DNA from: an uncultured Synergistales bacterium
Lineage (GTDB): Bacteria; Synergistota; Synergistia; Synergistales; JAFGMB01
Reading direction: 5' to 3'
Length of the DNA: 64,000 nucleotides
Assembly: GCA_964410915.1 (NCBI GenBank)
Contig: CAYPIU010000006.1
Span: 2,447 to 66,446, forward strand
The stretch's first letter is position 1. The number at the start of each line of letters is the position of its first letter. The position numbers were made by a program, and so were the translations under genes. A model generated the notes under the pieces. That model was not told the origin of the DNA. It searched no databases and saw only the letters and a program-made list of their open reading frames with translations. This document shows positions 47,921 through 56,773 of the stretch, one piece after another.

Positions 47921-48817
47921 CTATGCTCTGGGATGGGTCTTATCATACACATCACGCATTTCCAGATCAAAATGCAGATATTTCTGCGTTGTTCCAATGG
48001 ATGCATGCCCGAGAAGTTCCTGCAGTGTCCTCAGGTCCATACCCCTGCGTAACAGGTGGGTTGCAAAAGAATGACGGAGAATATGAGGATGAAGTCTACT
48101 GGAAGCGATTGATGCCATTCTGCCCCTTTTCCCGATTATCCTCCAGAAATCCTCTCTTCTGAGCGGTCTTCCGGTTCTCGTCAGAAAAAGACGCCCGGTC
48201 AGTACATCAGTTTTCTTTGTCCTGCCATGACTTAAATAATCATTCACTGCTTTCTCTACTTCTCCAATGAAAGGAACTATTCTTTCCTTCCCACCCTTCC
48301 CCTGCAGACAGAGAGTTCCTGAGGAATGGTTAAGGTCCCTGATCCTCAAAGCGCATAACTCACTGGCCCTTAAACCGCATCCATATGCAAGTTTAAGAAC
48401 TGCCATATCTCTGAGATCAAAAAACGACCTTCCCTTACATGCATTAAAAAGACGCTCTATTTCACCTTCACTGATTATATGAGGTAAAGAATCAGTTCTT
48501 GAAGGAAGATGGGGAAGCTTTTCCTTCCCTTTCACTACAAGACCCTCTTCAACCAGGTATCGATACCATGAACGAATAGCTGCAACCAGTCTCTGCAGGG
48601 AACTGCTTTTCCTTCCTTTGATCGAAAGACTTTTAATATATTCTGTGATATTGGATTCCAGTGATGACAGAGGGTCATAGTCAGATTCCCTGCAGAACCT
48701 TACATATCCATGAATATCATGGAGATATGCTTCTGCAGTATTTTTACTTGATCCTCTTTCAAGCAGAAGATAATCAGCAAAACTGTCAATGAAATAATCC
48801 AGAATATTATTCTCCAT
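47921..48817 (-). CDS. xerD: Tyrosine site-specific recombinase XerD/XerC family
   Basis: Catalytic signature HILRHSFATHLLRRGMDLRTLQELLGHASIGTTQKYLH. The N-terminal core-binding domain begins MENNILDYFIDSFADYLLLERG. ATG at 48817 follows a terminator and an AGAGG RBS. The track ORF to 48937 overlaps the NUDIX gene and the terminator. Confidence 0.88.
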   Translation of the reverse strand: MENNILDYFIDSFADYLLLERGSSKNTAEAYLHDIHGYVRFCRESDYDPLSSLESNITEYIKSLSIKGRKSSSLQRLVAAIRSWYRYLVEEGLVVKGKEKLPHLPSRTDSLPHIISEGEIERLFNACKGRSFFDLRDMAVLKLAYGCGLRASELCALRIRDLNHSSGTLCLQGKGGKERIVPFIGEVEKAVNDYLSHGRTKKTDVLTGRLFLTRTGRPLRREDFWRIIGKRGRMASIASSRLHPHILRHSFATHLLRRGMDLRTLQELLGHASIGTTQKYLHFDLEMRDVYDKTHPRA

Positions 48818-48827
48818 AAAACCTCTG

Positions 48828-48863
48828 TTTAAAAAGGGGACCGACATAATGAAGTCGGTCCCC
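48828..48863 (-). terminator. Rho-independent terminator after the NUDIX gene
   Basis: Minus strand reads GGGGACCGAC-TTCATTAT-GTCGGTCCCC (48863..48836) followed by TTTTTAAA. Confidence 0.8.
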
Positions 48864-48872
48864 TGAGATCGT

Positions 48873-49409
48873 TTATAGTTCTTTTCCGAGCAGATATAAA
48901 GAAAGGGCAGAAAGAGTTTTACCATCTGAAAGCTCACCAGTTCTTAACATTTCAATAAGCTTTTTCGGTGGAACCTCTACAAGTTCGATGAACTCATCGT
49001 CATCAGGATCGAGCCTTGACTCTGAAAGCCCTGTAGCCAGATATACAATAAGCAGCTCATCACTAAAACCGGGCGATGTATAAAACTCTGCTATCTTTTC
49101 AAGACTGGAAGCTGTATAGCCCGTCTCTTCCTGAAGCTCTCTCAAAGATGCTTCTTTTGTATCCTCACCCTTTTCAACAATACCTGCCGGGATCTCAAGC
49201 AGCTCTTTTCCGACTGCATATCGAAATTGACGGACAAGAAGAACATTCCCGTTATCAAGCACTGGTATCAACCCGACTGCGGGAGAATGTCCCGCAACTT
49301 CCCTTCTTGCTGTTTTGCCTGAGGGAAGTTCCACCTGATCCAACCTCAGTGTAATGATACTACCGCTGTAAAGAATATTTGAACTGAGACATTTTTCAGT
49401 CCTGTCCAT
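48873..49409 (-). CDS. NUDIX hydrolase (ADP-ribose pyrophosphatase-like)
   Basis: 178 aa with the Nudix box GIVEKGEDTKEASLRELQEETGY. Confidence 0.88.
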   Translation of the reverse strand: MDRTEKCLSSNILYSGSIITLRLDQVELPSGKTARREVAGHSPAVGLIPVLDNGNVLLVRQFRYAVGKELLEIPAGIVEKGEDTKEASLRELQEETGYTASSLEKIAEFYTSPGFSDELLIVYLATGLSESRLDPDDDEFIELVEVPPKKLIEMLRTGELSDGKTLSALSLYLLGKEL

Positions 49410-49417
49410 AATTGATA

Positions 49418-49981
49418 CTATTTACCTGCAGATTCTTTCGCGGCTTCTATTCCTTTTTCAAAGGCCTCCAGATTCATTGGAAGGAACTCTGGTTTACGTT
49501 TTCCAAGTTTTTCCTTGATCGTTTCAATGCATATTTCTTTTGAAACGATCCCGGTAGTCCCAACAATTGCACCAAGAACCACTATGTTCGCTACTTTGTC
49601 GCTGCCAAGCTCAAAAGCGATTTTCTGAGCAGGTACCCCAATAGCCGTTACATCTTTTCTTGGAGAATCATACTTGATAAGATCACTGTTATAGAAAATA
49701 TAGCCGCCTTCAATTGCAGCATCTTCAAATTTCTCGAGAGAAGGCTGATTCATCACGACAACTATTTCAGCTTTGGTAGCAACCGGTGATCCTATTTCCT
49801 CATCACTTACAACAACCGTACAGTTAGCAGTACCACCACGCATTTCAGGACCATAGGAGGGTATCCAGGTTACATGTTTACCTTCAGCAATACCTGAATA
49901 CGCGATCAATTGCCCGAGTACCATTACTCCCTGACCACCAAAACCAGCGGCGATCACATCTTTATAAAATCGTTCTGACAT
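49418..49981 (-). CDS. 2-oxoacid:ferredoxin oxidoreductase gamma subunit
   Basis: 187 aa. Contains GFGGQGVMVLGQL and YGPEMRGG, typical of gamma subunits. Confidence 0.9.
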   Translation of the reverse strand: MSERFYKDVIAAGFGGQGVMVLGQLIAYSGIAEGKHVTWIPSYGPEMRGGTANCTVVVSDEEIGSPVATKAEIVVVMNQPSLEKFEDAAIEGGYIFYNSDLIKYDSPRKDVTAIGVPAQKIAFELGSDKVANIVVLGAIVGTTGIVSKEICIETIKEKLGKRKPEFLPMNLEAFEKGIEAAKESAGK

Positions 49982-49995
49982 GGATATCGGCCTCC

Positions 49996-50748
49996 CTACT
50001 CAAAATCCTTGTATACACCGAGTGGATAGTAAGGTACCATTGTATCAAGAACCCACTCAAATGCCTTGACCGGTGGCTTTCCCCAGTTTGTCGGACAGGT
50101 TGAAAGTACCTCTATGAAGGAAAACCCTTTTTTGTCCAACTGATTCTGGAACCCCTTCTTGATAGCCGCTTTTGCCTTTTTGATATATTTCGGCTGGGCA
50201 AGAGTAACACGCTCAATATAAGAAGGAGTTTCCAGTGTAGCCAGCATTTCACACATTCTCATTGGATACCCGGCAAGCTTGGGATCTCTTCCCAGGGGAC
50301 ATGTGGTCGCTTTCTGACCTATCAGAGTCGTAGGTGCCATTTGTCCTCCGGTCATTCCATATATAGCATTATTGATAAAAATAGCTGTAATGTTCTCTCC
50401 ACGGTTTGCTGCATGGATTATCTCCGCTATACCTATGGACGCAAGATCTCCGTCTCCCTGGTACGTAAATACGAAATTCTCCGGAAGTACCCGCTTTATT
50501 CCAGTCGCAACAGCGGGAGCACGACCATGTGGAGCTTCAACATAGTCAATATTTATATAATCATACATCATCGCCGAACATCCAACAGGAGACATGCTTA
50601 TAGCCTTATCCTGAAGATCGAACTCATCGATAAGCTCACATATGATCCTGTGGGCTATACCATGACCGCAACCGGGGCAATAATGGGTATGAACGCCTTC
50701 CATCCAGCTTTCAGGTCTGGAATATACTTTTGTTTCAGACATCGTCAT
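49996..50748 (-). CDS. 2-oxoacid:ferredoxin oxidoreductase beta subunit (TPP-binding)
   Basis: Contains YCPGCGHG and GDGDLASIG (the TPP GDG motif). The likely start is ATG 50748 or 50742, after GGGAGG. The track ORF to 50829 overlaps the alpha subunit. Confidence 0.9.
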   Translation of the reverse strand: MTMSETKVYSRPESWMEGVHTHYCPGCGHGIAHRIICELIDEFDLQDKAISMSPVGCSAMMYDYINIDYVEAPHGRAPAVATGIKRVLPENFVFTYQGDGDLASIGIAEIIHAANRGENITAIFINNAIYGMTGGQMAPTTLIGQKATTCPLGRDPKLAGYPMRMCEMLATLETPSYIERVTLAQPKYIKKAKAAIKKGFQNQLDKKGFSFIEVLSTCPTNWGKPPVKAFEWVLDTMVPYYPLGVYKDFE

Positions 50749-50758
50749 AACCTCCCTG

Positions 50759-51814
50759 CTAACCAAGTATCTTCTTGCATTCTTCCTCGATCTCTTCAAC
50801 CGAGGGAGCCAACCCGCCACAATGACCAAAAAAGGACACAGGGTATTTGCTTCCTGTAGCGATCTTTACATCATCGATCATCTGCCCCATGTTCATTTCT
50901 ACATCCAGAATGTGGCTGGTAGAAGCGGGAATACTTTCAAAAGCCTCATAGGGGAATGGGAAAAGTGATATTGGCCTGATCATACCGACTTTGTAACCCT
51001 GCTCCCTTAAATGACTTATGGCTGTTTTAGAGATCCTCGCTGAAGTACCATAGGAAACTATGACCAGTTCGGCATCCTCGACATCCAGAAGTTCAAATCT
51101 GGTCTCATTCTGCTGCATTGCATCATATTTTTTCTGAAGTTTGATGTTATGAGCTTCAAGTAGCTCAGGAGTAAGGTACATACTTTTAAGAAGGGTCCTT
51201 TTGTTCCCTCGTTCCCTGAAATTACCAAGAGCCCAGCTTTCAACATCTCCTCTATCTGTTTTGTGCTCACTGATCTCTACAGGTTCCATCATTTGACCCA
51301 TGAAACCGTCTGCAAGGATCATTACAGGGTTCCTGTATTTAAAAGCAAGATCCCATCCAGCCTGAACCAGGTCTACAGCTTCCTGCAGGGTACTGGGAGC
51401 CAGGACCATAAGCTTGAAGTCACCATTTCCTCCACCTTTTGTAGCCTGAAGGTAATCAGCCTGTGAGGGAAGTATGCCACCAAGCCCGGGACCTCCGCGC
51501 ATTACATTAACAAGAACACATGGTAACTCGGATCCAGCCACATAACTGATACCCTCGGACATAAGAGAAATACCGGGACTGGAGGAAGAAGTCATGACCT
51601 GGCAGCCTGTAGCTGCTGCTCCAAGCACCATATTTATCGATGCAACTTCACTTTCACCCTGAATATAAACACCGCCATGTTCAGGAAGATGCGCAGACAT
51701 ATATTCAGGTATTTCATTCTGTGGAGTTATCGGATACCCGAAAAAGTGCGTACACCCAGCTTGAATGGCAGCCTCAGCAATTGCCTCAGTTCCTTTCATC
51801 AGTACTTTCGCCAT
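50759..51814 (-). CDS. 2-oxoacid:ferredoxin oxidoreductase alpha subunit
   Basis: 351 aa. Contains GTEAIAEAAIQAGCTHFFGYPITPQNEI. Confidence 0.92.
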   Translation of the reverse strand: MAKVLMKGTEAIAEAAIQAGCTHFFGYPITPQNEIPEYMSAHLPEHGGVYIQGESEVASINMVLGAAATGCQVMTSSSSPGISLMSEGISYVAGSELPCVLVNVMRGGPGLGGILPSQADYLQATKGGGNGDFKLMVLAPSTLQEAVDLVQAGWDLAFKYRNPVMILADGFMGQMMEPVEISEHKTDRGDVESWALGNFRERGNKRTLLKSMYLTPELLEAHNIKLQKKYDAMQQNETRFELLDVEDAELVIVSYGTSARISKTAISHLREQGYKVGMIRPISLFPFPYEAFESIPASTSHILDVEMNMGQMIDDVKIATGSKYPVSFFGHCGGLAPSVEEIEEECKKILG

Positions 51815-51831
51815 TGTTATCCCTCCAAAAC

Positions 51832-52047
51832 CTAGTCTTCGATCTTGTAGACTTCGATCACTGCATCAGGACAGGAAATTGCACACATACCGCAACCTAT
51901 GCAACCTTCCTTGTACTGTTCCACAGGCCTGTGGCCTTTCGCGTTTATCCTGTCTGATATCTTCAGAACCTTGACAGGACAGGCTGCTACACATAACCCG
52001 CAACTCTTGCAGTAATCCTCAGAGACCTTGATCCGTCCCTTTGCCAT
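51832..52047 (-). CDS. 2-oxoacid:ferredoxin oxidoreductase delta subunit (2x[4Fe-4S] ferredoxin)
   Basis: 71 aa with two CxxCxxCxxxCP motifs (CKSCGLCVAACP, CIGCGMCAISCP). Confidence 0.9.
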   Translation of the reverse strand: MAKGRIKVSEDYCKSCGLCVAACPVKVLKISDRINAKGHRPVEQYKEGCIGCGMCAISCPDAVIEVYKIED

Positions 52048-52093
52048 TACTTACAACACCCCTCTCACAAAGTGATAGAACTTTTTTCAGGAT

Positions 52094-52882
52094 CTATTTA
52101 TTCCTGTTTTGGATTATTGCGGAACCATGGTTTTTGCCAGGAACTCCCATGGACCACATTGCTCCCCTTTCCCAGGGCAAAAGCATGTATCGTGAGACCG
52201 GCCAGTAAGGAACCTCATCATCCCATACTCTGGCAGCTTCCTCGGCAATTGCAGGAGGGATCCCTGCATAAAGAACAGGAAGATCCAGTTTATTCCCGGC
52301 AGCTTTTACCGTTTCAAGCCCTTCCTGGATATTTTCAAGTGTGGTTTCGGTCATAAGATGAGAATTTGAGATCAGGGCCCCAACTTTGAGATCGGATATC
52401 TCTTCCATCCGGCGTACCATTTTTTCCATACCTTCAACAGTTGAGGTATGCGGTCTGAAAGAATTTGCCACCATGATCAGCTTGTATCCGGCTTTTTTTA
52501 TACGTACCTCATATTGTTTAAGAGCCCTTGCACCTATTGAATCCCCGCCAATATCAAGCAGGAGTTTATTTTCGGAATCAGAAAGAGCCCAGTCAACCTT
52601 AGCTGATATAACGGGCATATCTGACCATTTTGTACTGTCAGGAGCAGTGATTACGTTGTATCCCTGTTGTTCAAGAGTATCAGTAACCTGTCTGACACAG
52701 AAATAGGGGTTTATTATATCAACATCAGCAATGGTAACTCCGTGGAAAGCAGCCTTAAAACCCAGGGCAAGATTGAGCACCCATTCTGTTTTGCCACAAC
52801 CAAGAGCCCCGGTAACTGCAACAGCTTCAGGCCAATCGTACATTTCTATCCTTTTACGGAAGAATTCCATTTTTTCATTCAT
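52094..52882 (-). CDS. Uncharacterized P-loop NTPase (MinD/ParA/CooC-like SIMIBI fold)
   Basis: 262 aa. Walker A GALGCGKTE, followed by a MinD-like VTIADVDIINP, then a Walker B-like LLLDIGGD. The ATG overlaps the fmt stop by 8 nt, and the oxidoreductase delta gene follows 46 nt downstream. Confidence 0.6.
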   Translation of the reverse strand: MNEKMEFFRKRIEMYDWPEAVAVTGALGCGKTEWVLNLALGFKAAFHGVTIADVDIINPYFCVRQVTDTLEQQGYNVITAPDSTKWSDMPVISAKVDWALSDSENKLLLDIGGDSIGARALKQYEVRIKKAGYKLIMVANSFRPHTSTVEGMEKMVRRMEEISDLKVGALISNSHLMTETTLENIQEGLETVKAAGNKLDLPVLYAGIPPAIAEEAARVWDDEVPYWPVSRYMLLPWERGAMWSMGVPGKNHGSAIIQNRNK

Positions 52883-53804
52883 TTATCAGATCATCCTTCC
52901 TTATGTGTGAACCATTGATCCAGTCCTTACCAGAAACAGGTTTTTTGCCCTCAGGCTGGACCGTTTCAAGAAGTAAAGCTCCGGAACCTGCTGCAATAAC
53001 GGGATACCCGTCAACCAGTTCAATGACTTTTCCTGCTTTACCTTCAATATTCCGTATCCCTGTTTTCCAGATCTTCAGTCTTCGTCCTTTATATTCAGTA
53101 AAAGCCCCTGGAACAGGATTGAACGCTCTGACCCTGTTATGGATCGCCAGTGCATTTTCATCCCATGAAAAATGTGCTTCACTACGTTGTATTTTGGGGG
53201 CATAACTGGCTTTACCGTCATCTTGTACACTTAACGGGAATATTCCTTTTCGATAATTATGTATTACTTCTGTCATTATCCTGCTGCCTTCAAATGCAAG
53301 GCTTTCCATGAGGTCTCCACATGTGTCCGTATGTGCTATCTGCTTTGATGCCTGCTTAACAACAGGTCCGGAGTCCATACCTGTATCAAGGCGGAAAACC
53401 GACACTCCAGTCTCTACCCTTCCATCCAGAATAGCTCTTTGTATTGGTGAAGCCCCCCTGTAAAGAGGGAGCAGTGAAGGATGGATATTGAGGCAACCTG
53501 CTTTTGAAAATGAAAGAAAAGGTTCTCTGATCATCTGGCCAAAATCCACAACGATAATTGCTTCGGGCGTTTCTTCTGACAATCTTTCAAGGAGATATTC
53601 ATCATCAGAAAATGACGCTGTTCTGTAAATAGAAGACTTGATATTACCTGCAAGATCTTCAACCGGCGTAGGACGTTTCTTGTATTTTCTACCGGCTCTG
53701 GCAGGTGGTGAAGTAATGACCATCTGAATACTGAATTCTCGCGAAAGAAGTTCAAGGCATCTTGCCCCGAACTTTCCTGATCCAGCGAACCAGAGTCTAT
53801 TCAT
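52875..53804 (-). CDS. fmt: Methionyl-tRNA formyltransferase
   Basis: 309 aa. Contains LNIHPSLLPLYRGASPIQ (the SLLP motif). Confidence 0.95.
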   Translation of the reverse strand: MNRLWFAGSGKFGARCLELLSREFSIQMVITSPPARAGRKYKKRPTPVEDLAGNIKSSIYRTASFSDDEYLLERLSEETPEAIIVVDFGQMIREPFLSFSKAGCLNIHPSLLPLYRGASPIQRAILDGRVETGVSVFRLDTGMDSGPVVKQASKQIAHTDTCGDLMESLAFEGSRIMTEVIHNYRKGIFPLSVQDDGKASYAPKIQRSEAHFSWDENALAIHNRVRAFNPVPGAFTEYKGRRLKIWKTGIRNIEGKAGKVIELVDGYPVIAAGSGALLLETVQPEGKKPVSGKDWINGSHIRKDDLINE

Positions 53805-53806
53805 TG

Positions 53807-54322
53807 TTATTGTGTTTCCCTGTTTTTTTTGAGCATTTTCCTTTTTACCATATTCTTTTTCATAGGAGAAAAATGATCAATTAGTAAAACACCGTTCAGA
53901 TGATCCGTTTCATGACAAAAAGCACGTGCCAGAAAACCTTCTGCATCAAAAATACTTTCAGAACCATTAATATCCTGAGCCTTGATCCTGATCTTTTCAG
54001 GACGCTTAACCCTGCCGTATATCCCGGGAAAACTGAGACAGCCTTCTTCTCCATACTCTTCCCCGCTGGATTCAATGATCACAGGATTAATTAAAGTATA
54101 CAGTCTTTCTTCATAGTACACAATCGCTATTTTTAAAGAAAAACCGATCTGTGGTCCCGCAAGACCAACTCCATCATTTTCAAACATGATACGCTGCATT
54201 TCAGACACGAAGGATTCAAGCTCCTCATTGAAATCAGTTATTTCTGAAGTCTCTTTTCTCAGAACAGGGTCTGGATAAGTTCTTATGGGATAATCTTTAG
54301 CCACTTCAATATCACACTCCAT
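53807..54322 (-). CDS. def: Peptide deformylase
   Basis: 171 aa with motifs GVGLAGPQIG, EGCLSFPG and HETDHLNG. Confidence 0.96.
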   Translation of the reverse strand: MECDIEVAKDYPIRTYPDPVLRKETSEITDFNEELESFVSEMQRIMFENDGVGLAGPQIGFSLKIAIVYYEERLYTLINPVIIESSGEEYGEEGCLSFPGIYGRVKRPEKIRIKAQDINGSESIFDAEGFLARAFCHETDHLNGVLLIDHFSPMKKNMVKRKMLKKNRETQ

Positions 54323-54331
54323 AATAAGTGG

Positions 54332-54361
54332 AAAAGGCCATCCACTTCTGGACGGCCTTTT
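54332..54361 (-). terminator. Terminator-like hairpin after rpsA
   Basis: Minus strand reads AAAAGGCCGTCCA-GAAG-TGGATGGCCTTTT (one mismatch), ending in TTTTCC. It lies between the rpsA stop (54375) and the def start (54322). Confidence 0.55.
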
Positions 54362-54374
54362 GATCTTTCAATAA

Positions 54375-55928
54375 TTACTGGTTCAGTACGTCCTTGAAAA
54401 CATCGCCTATTGTAATATTATTTTCTTCCTGGACTTCAGCCTGTCGCTTCTTTGCTTCAACTTCCCGTTTCTTTTTTTCTTCGTTACGTTTCTTTCTTTC
54501 GCCTTCTCCCTCGATCGCTGAAATACTGAGCCTCATTTTTCTTTCTGCAGGGTTTATCTCAATTACTCTGGCAGTTATACTCTGTCCCTGAGTCAGTACC
54601 TCTCCAGGTGTTTCAACCCTTTTGGTACTTAACTGCGAAATATGTATAAGACCCTCTATACCTTCCTCGATCTCAACAAAAGCTCCGAAATCCGCAAGAC
54701 GAACGACTTTCACGGGAAGATCCTGTCCTTTTGAATATTTGTCCTCTATACCGATCCATGGATCATGAAGTTGTTTGTATCCGAGGCTCATCCTCTGTTT
54801 TTCAGGGTCGATCTCAAGGATCTTGACTTCTACGTCTTCTCCCTTTGATAATACTTCTTTGGGATGTTTGATACGTTTCCAGCTGAGATCACCTATATGG
54901 ATCAACCCTTCAACTCCATCATCAACTTCAACGAACACTCCGAAATCCGTTACATTTGTAACTGATCCCTTAACTGACTGACCTTCGGTGAACGTCTCAG
55001 GTACTACACTCCACGGATCTGGAAGCGTCTGCTTGATACTAAGGGATACACGGTTCTTTTCCTTGTCAAGTCCAATAACCCTTACATTAACAGAAGCACC
55101 TTTCTTGACAACTTCCCTTGGTTTTACATTACGTTTCCAGGAAAGTTCACTTGCATGTACGAGACCGTCTATGCAGCCGAGGTTCACAAATGCACCGAAA
55201 GAAGTAATACTGCTTATTGAACCTTCAAGAACATCACCCTCAGAGGTCGTTTCGAAGAATTCGGTCCTCTTGTGTGCCATTTCATCCTCTATAAGAGCTC
55301 TTCTCGATAGAACAAGCCTTCTTTTCCTCCTGTCCTTTTCAAGAAGGTTAACATCGAATACTTCATCAACAAAGCGAGTAGGATTTACACCTCTACCCTC
55401 TTCAGCAAGGTGAGAAATGGGGACGAAACCCTCAAGTGAGCAGCAGTCTACCATCAGCCCACCTTTGACTTTACGGATACCTCTTACAGAGAAAGGATCA
55501 CCTGAAGCTGATTTATCTTCAAGTTCCTTCCAGCGATTGTCGAACTCGCATCTCCAACGGCTGACGATCAGCTGTGATTCTTCTCCATGTTTTATATTGA
55601 TAACCTGGACTTGTATCTCATCTCCAATAGAGGGTGTTTCAGTTTCCTCTACAAGGATACGGTGTGTCCATTCATGGGTCGGCAGGAAGCCTTCACATTT
55701 ATATCCGACATCGACAAGCCATCCGTCCTGATTCTTGTCCACTACAGTTCCTGAAATGACTTTGCCTTTGTGGATCTCTTCAACTTCATACTGTGAAAGC
55801 ATGCTCTCCATACTTTCACCATTCTCAGAGGTTTCTGTCACTTCTTTTTCATCGTTTTGTCCAGAAACTTCCGATTCTTCAACTGCCTGATCCTTTGGTT
55901 CCAATATTTCTTCTGTCATCGTTTCCAT
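54375..55928 (-). CDS. rpsA: 30S ribosomal protein S1
   Basis: 517 aa with repeated S1 domains (GxVxxVxxFGAFVxL pattern, several copies), an acidic N-terminal extension and a Lys/Glu-rich C-terminal tail. Confidence 0.93.
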   Translation of the reverse strand: METMTEEILEPKDQAVEESEVSGQNDEKEVTETSENGESMESMLSQYEVEEIHKGKVISGTVVDKNQDGWLVDVGYKCEGFLPTHEWTHRILVEETETPSIGDEIQVQVINIKHGEESQLIVSRWRCEFDNRWKELEDKSASGDPFSVRGIRKVKGGLMVDCCSLEGFVPISHLAEEGRGVNPTRFVDEVFDVNLLEKDRRKRRLVLSRRALIEDEMAHKRTEFFETTSEGDVLEGSISSITSFGAFVNLGCIDGLVHASELSWKRNVKPREVVKKGASVNVRVIGLDKEKNRVSLSIKQTLPDPWSVVPETFTEGQSVKGSVTNVTDFGVFVEVDDGVEGLIHIGDLSWKRIKHPKEVLSKGEDVEVKILEIDPEKQRMSLGYKQLHDPWIGIEDKYSKGQDLPVKVVRLADFGAFVEIEEGIEGLIHISQLSTKRVETPGEVLTQGQSITARVIEINPAERKMRLSISAIEGEGERKKRNEEKKKREVEAKKRQAEVQEENNITIGDVFKDVLNQ

Positions 55929-56773
55929 CCCCTTTGACTACCTGTATTTTTCAATTTATATTTCAGTTCTTCTATTAACCAGTCAGGTGTACTTGCTCCT
56001 GCTGCGATGCCAATATTTTCCTTAGTTACAAGCCACTCCTCCTGAAGCTCTGCGGCCTCTTCGATCCAGACTGCAGCAGGGGACTCACCCCTGGCTATCT
56101 GGAACAGCTTGGAAGTGTTTGCACTGTTCCGGCCTCCTATAACAATTATTCCATCTACAACTTTAGCAAGTTCCCTTATAGCTTTCTGTCTCTCGTAAGT
56201 AGCATTACATATTGTATTATAAACCTTAAGTTCCTTGCATTTATAGACTATGCATGATGTGATATCAGCCAGAAGTTCGTAACGTTGTGTAGTCTGGCAC
56301 ACCACTCCAGTCTTTTCAGACGGCATTTTTTCAGGAATAACAGACCGGTCATTTACAACAATTGAATCCCCGTTTACAAAACCGCGTATCCCTTTTACCT
56401 CCGGATGTTCAGGATTTCCAATAATAATTACAAAATATCCTTCACTGGAAAGGGACCTTGCCTTGTTCTGGGCAGTTTTAACGAAAGGACACGTGCCATC
56501 TATCACTGTCGATGATTTCTGGTTTATTCCGGCAAGCACATCCGGGCTTTCACCGTGGGCTCTTATAAAGACACGGGCACCATCAGGGATTTTGGAAACA
56601 TCGTCAACTACTACCAGTCCTTTTTTGCTGAGTCTTCTGACTTCCTGGGGATTGTGTATCGGGCTACCGGTAGAATAAATCGTCCCATGAACGGATAAAG
56701 CCTTTTCAAGCTCAGTGATAGCACGTTTAACTCCAAAGCAAAAACCTGTAGGATCAGCAAGAACTATATTCAA
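55916..56773 (-). CDS. ispH: 4-hydroxy-3-methylbut-2-enyl diphosphate reductase
   Basis: 285 aa. Contains GFCFGVKRA, TCPFV and IVIGGRNSANTSKL. Confidence 0.95.
   Translation of the reverse strand: MNIVLADPTGFCFGVKRAITELEKALSVHGTIYSTGSPIHNPQEVRRLSKKGLVVVDDVSKIPDGARVFIRAHGESPDVLAGINQKSSTVIDGTCPFVKTAQNKARSLSSEGYFVIIIGNPEHPEVKGIRGFVNGDSIVVNDRSVIPEKMPSEKTGVVCQTTQRYELLADITSCIVYKCKELKVYNTICNATYERQKAIRELAKVVDGIIVIGGRNSANTSKLFQIARGESPAAVWIEEAAELQEEWLVTKENIGIAAGASTPDWLIEELKYKLKNTGSQRGWKR

Noticed and set aside
46431-48817. selC plus a nearby tyrosine recombinase as a selC-integrated genomic island
   Set aside because: The recombinase has the length, N-terminal core-binding domain and R...HxxR...Y block of chromosomal XerD/XerC, not a phage-type integrase. 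The intervening genes (SUI1 homolog, purine nucleoside phosphorylase) are housekeeping. I saw no direct repeat of the tRNA 3' end.
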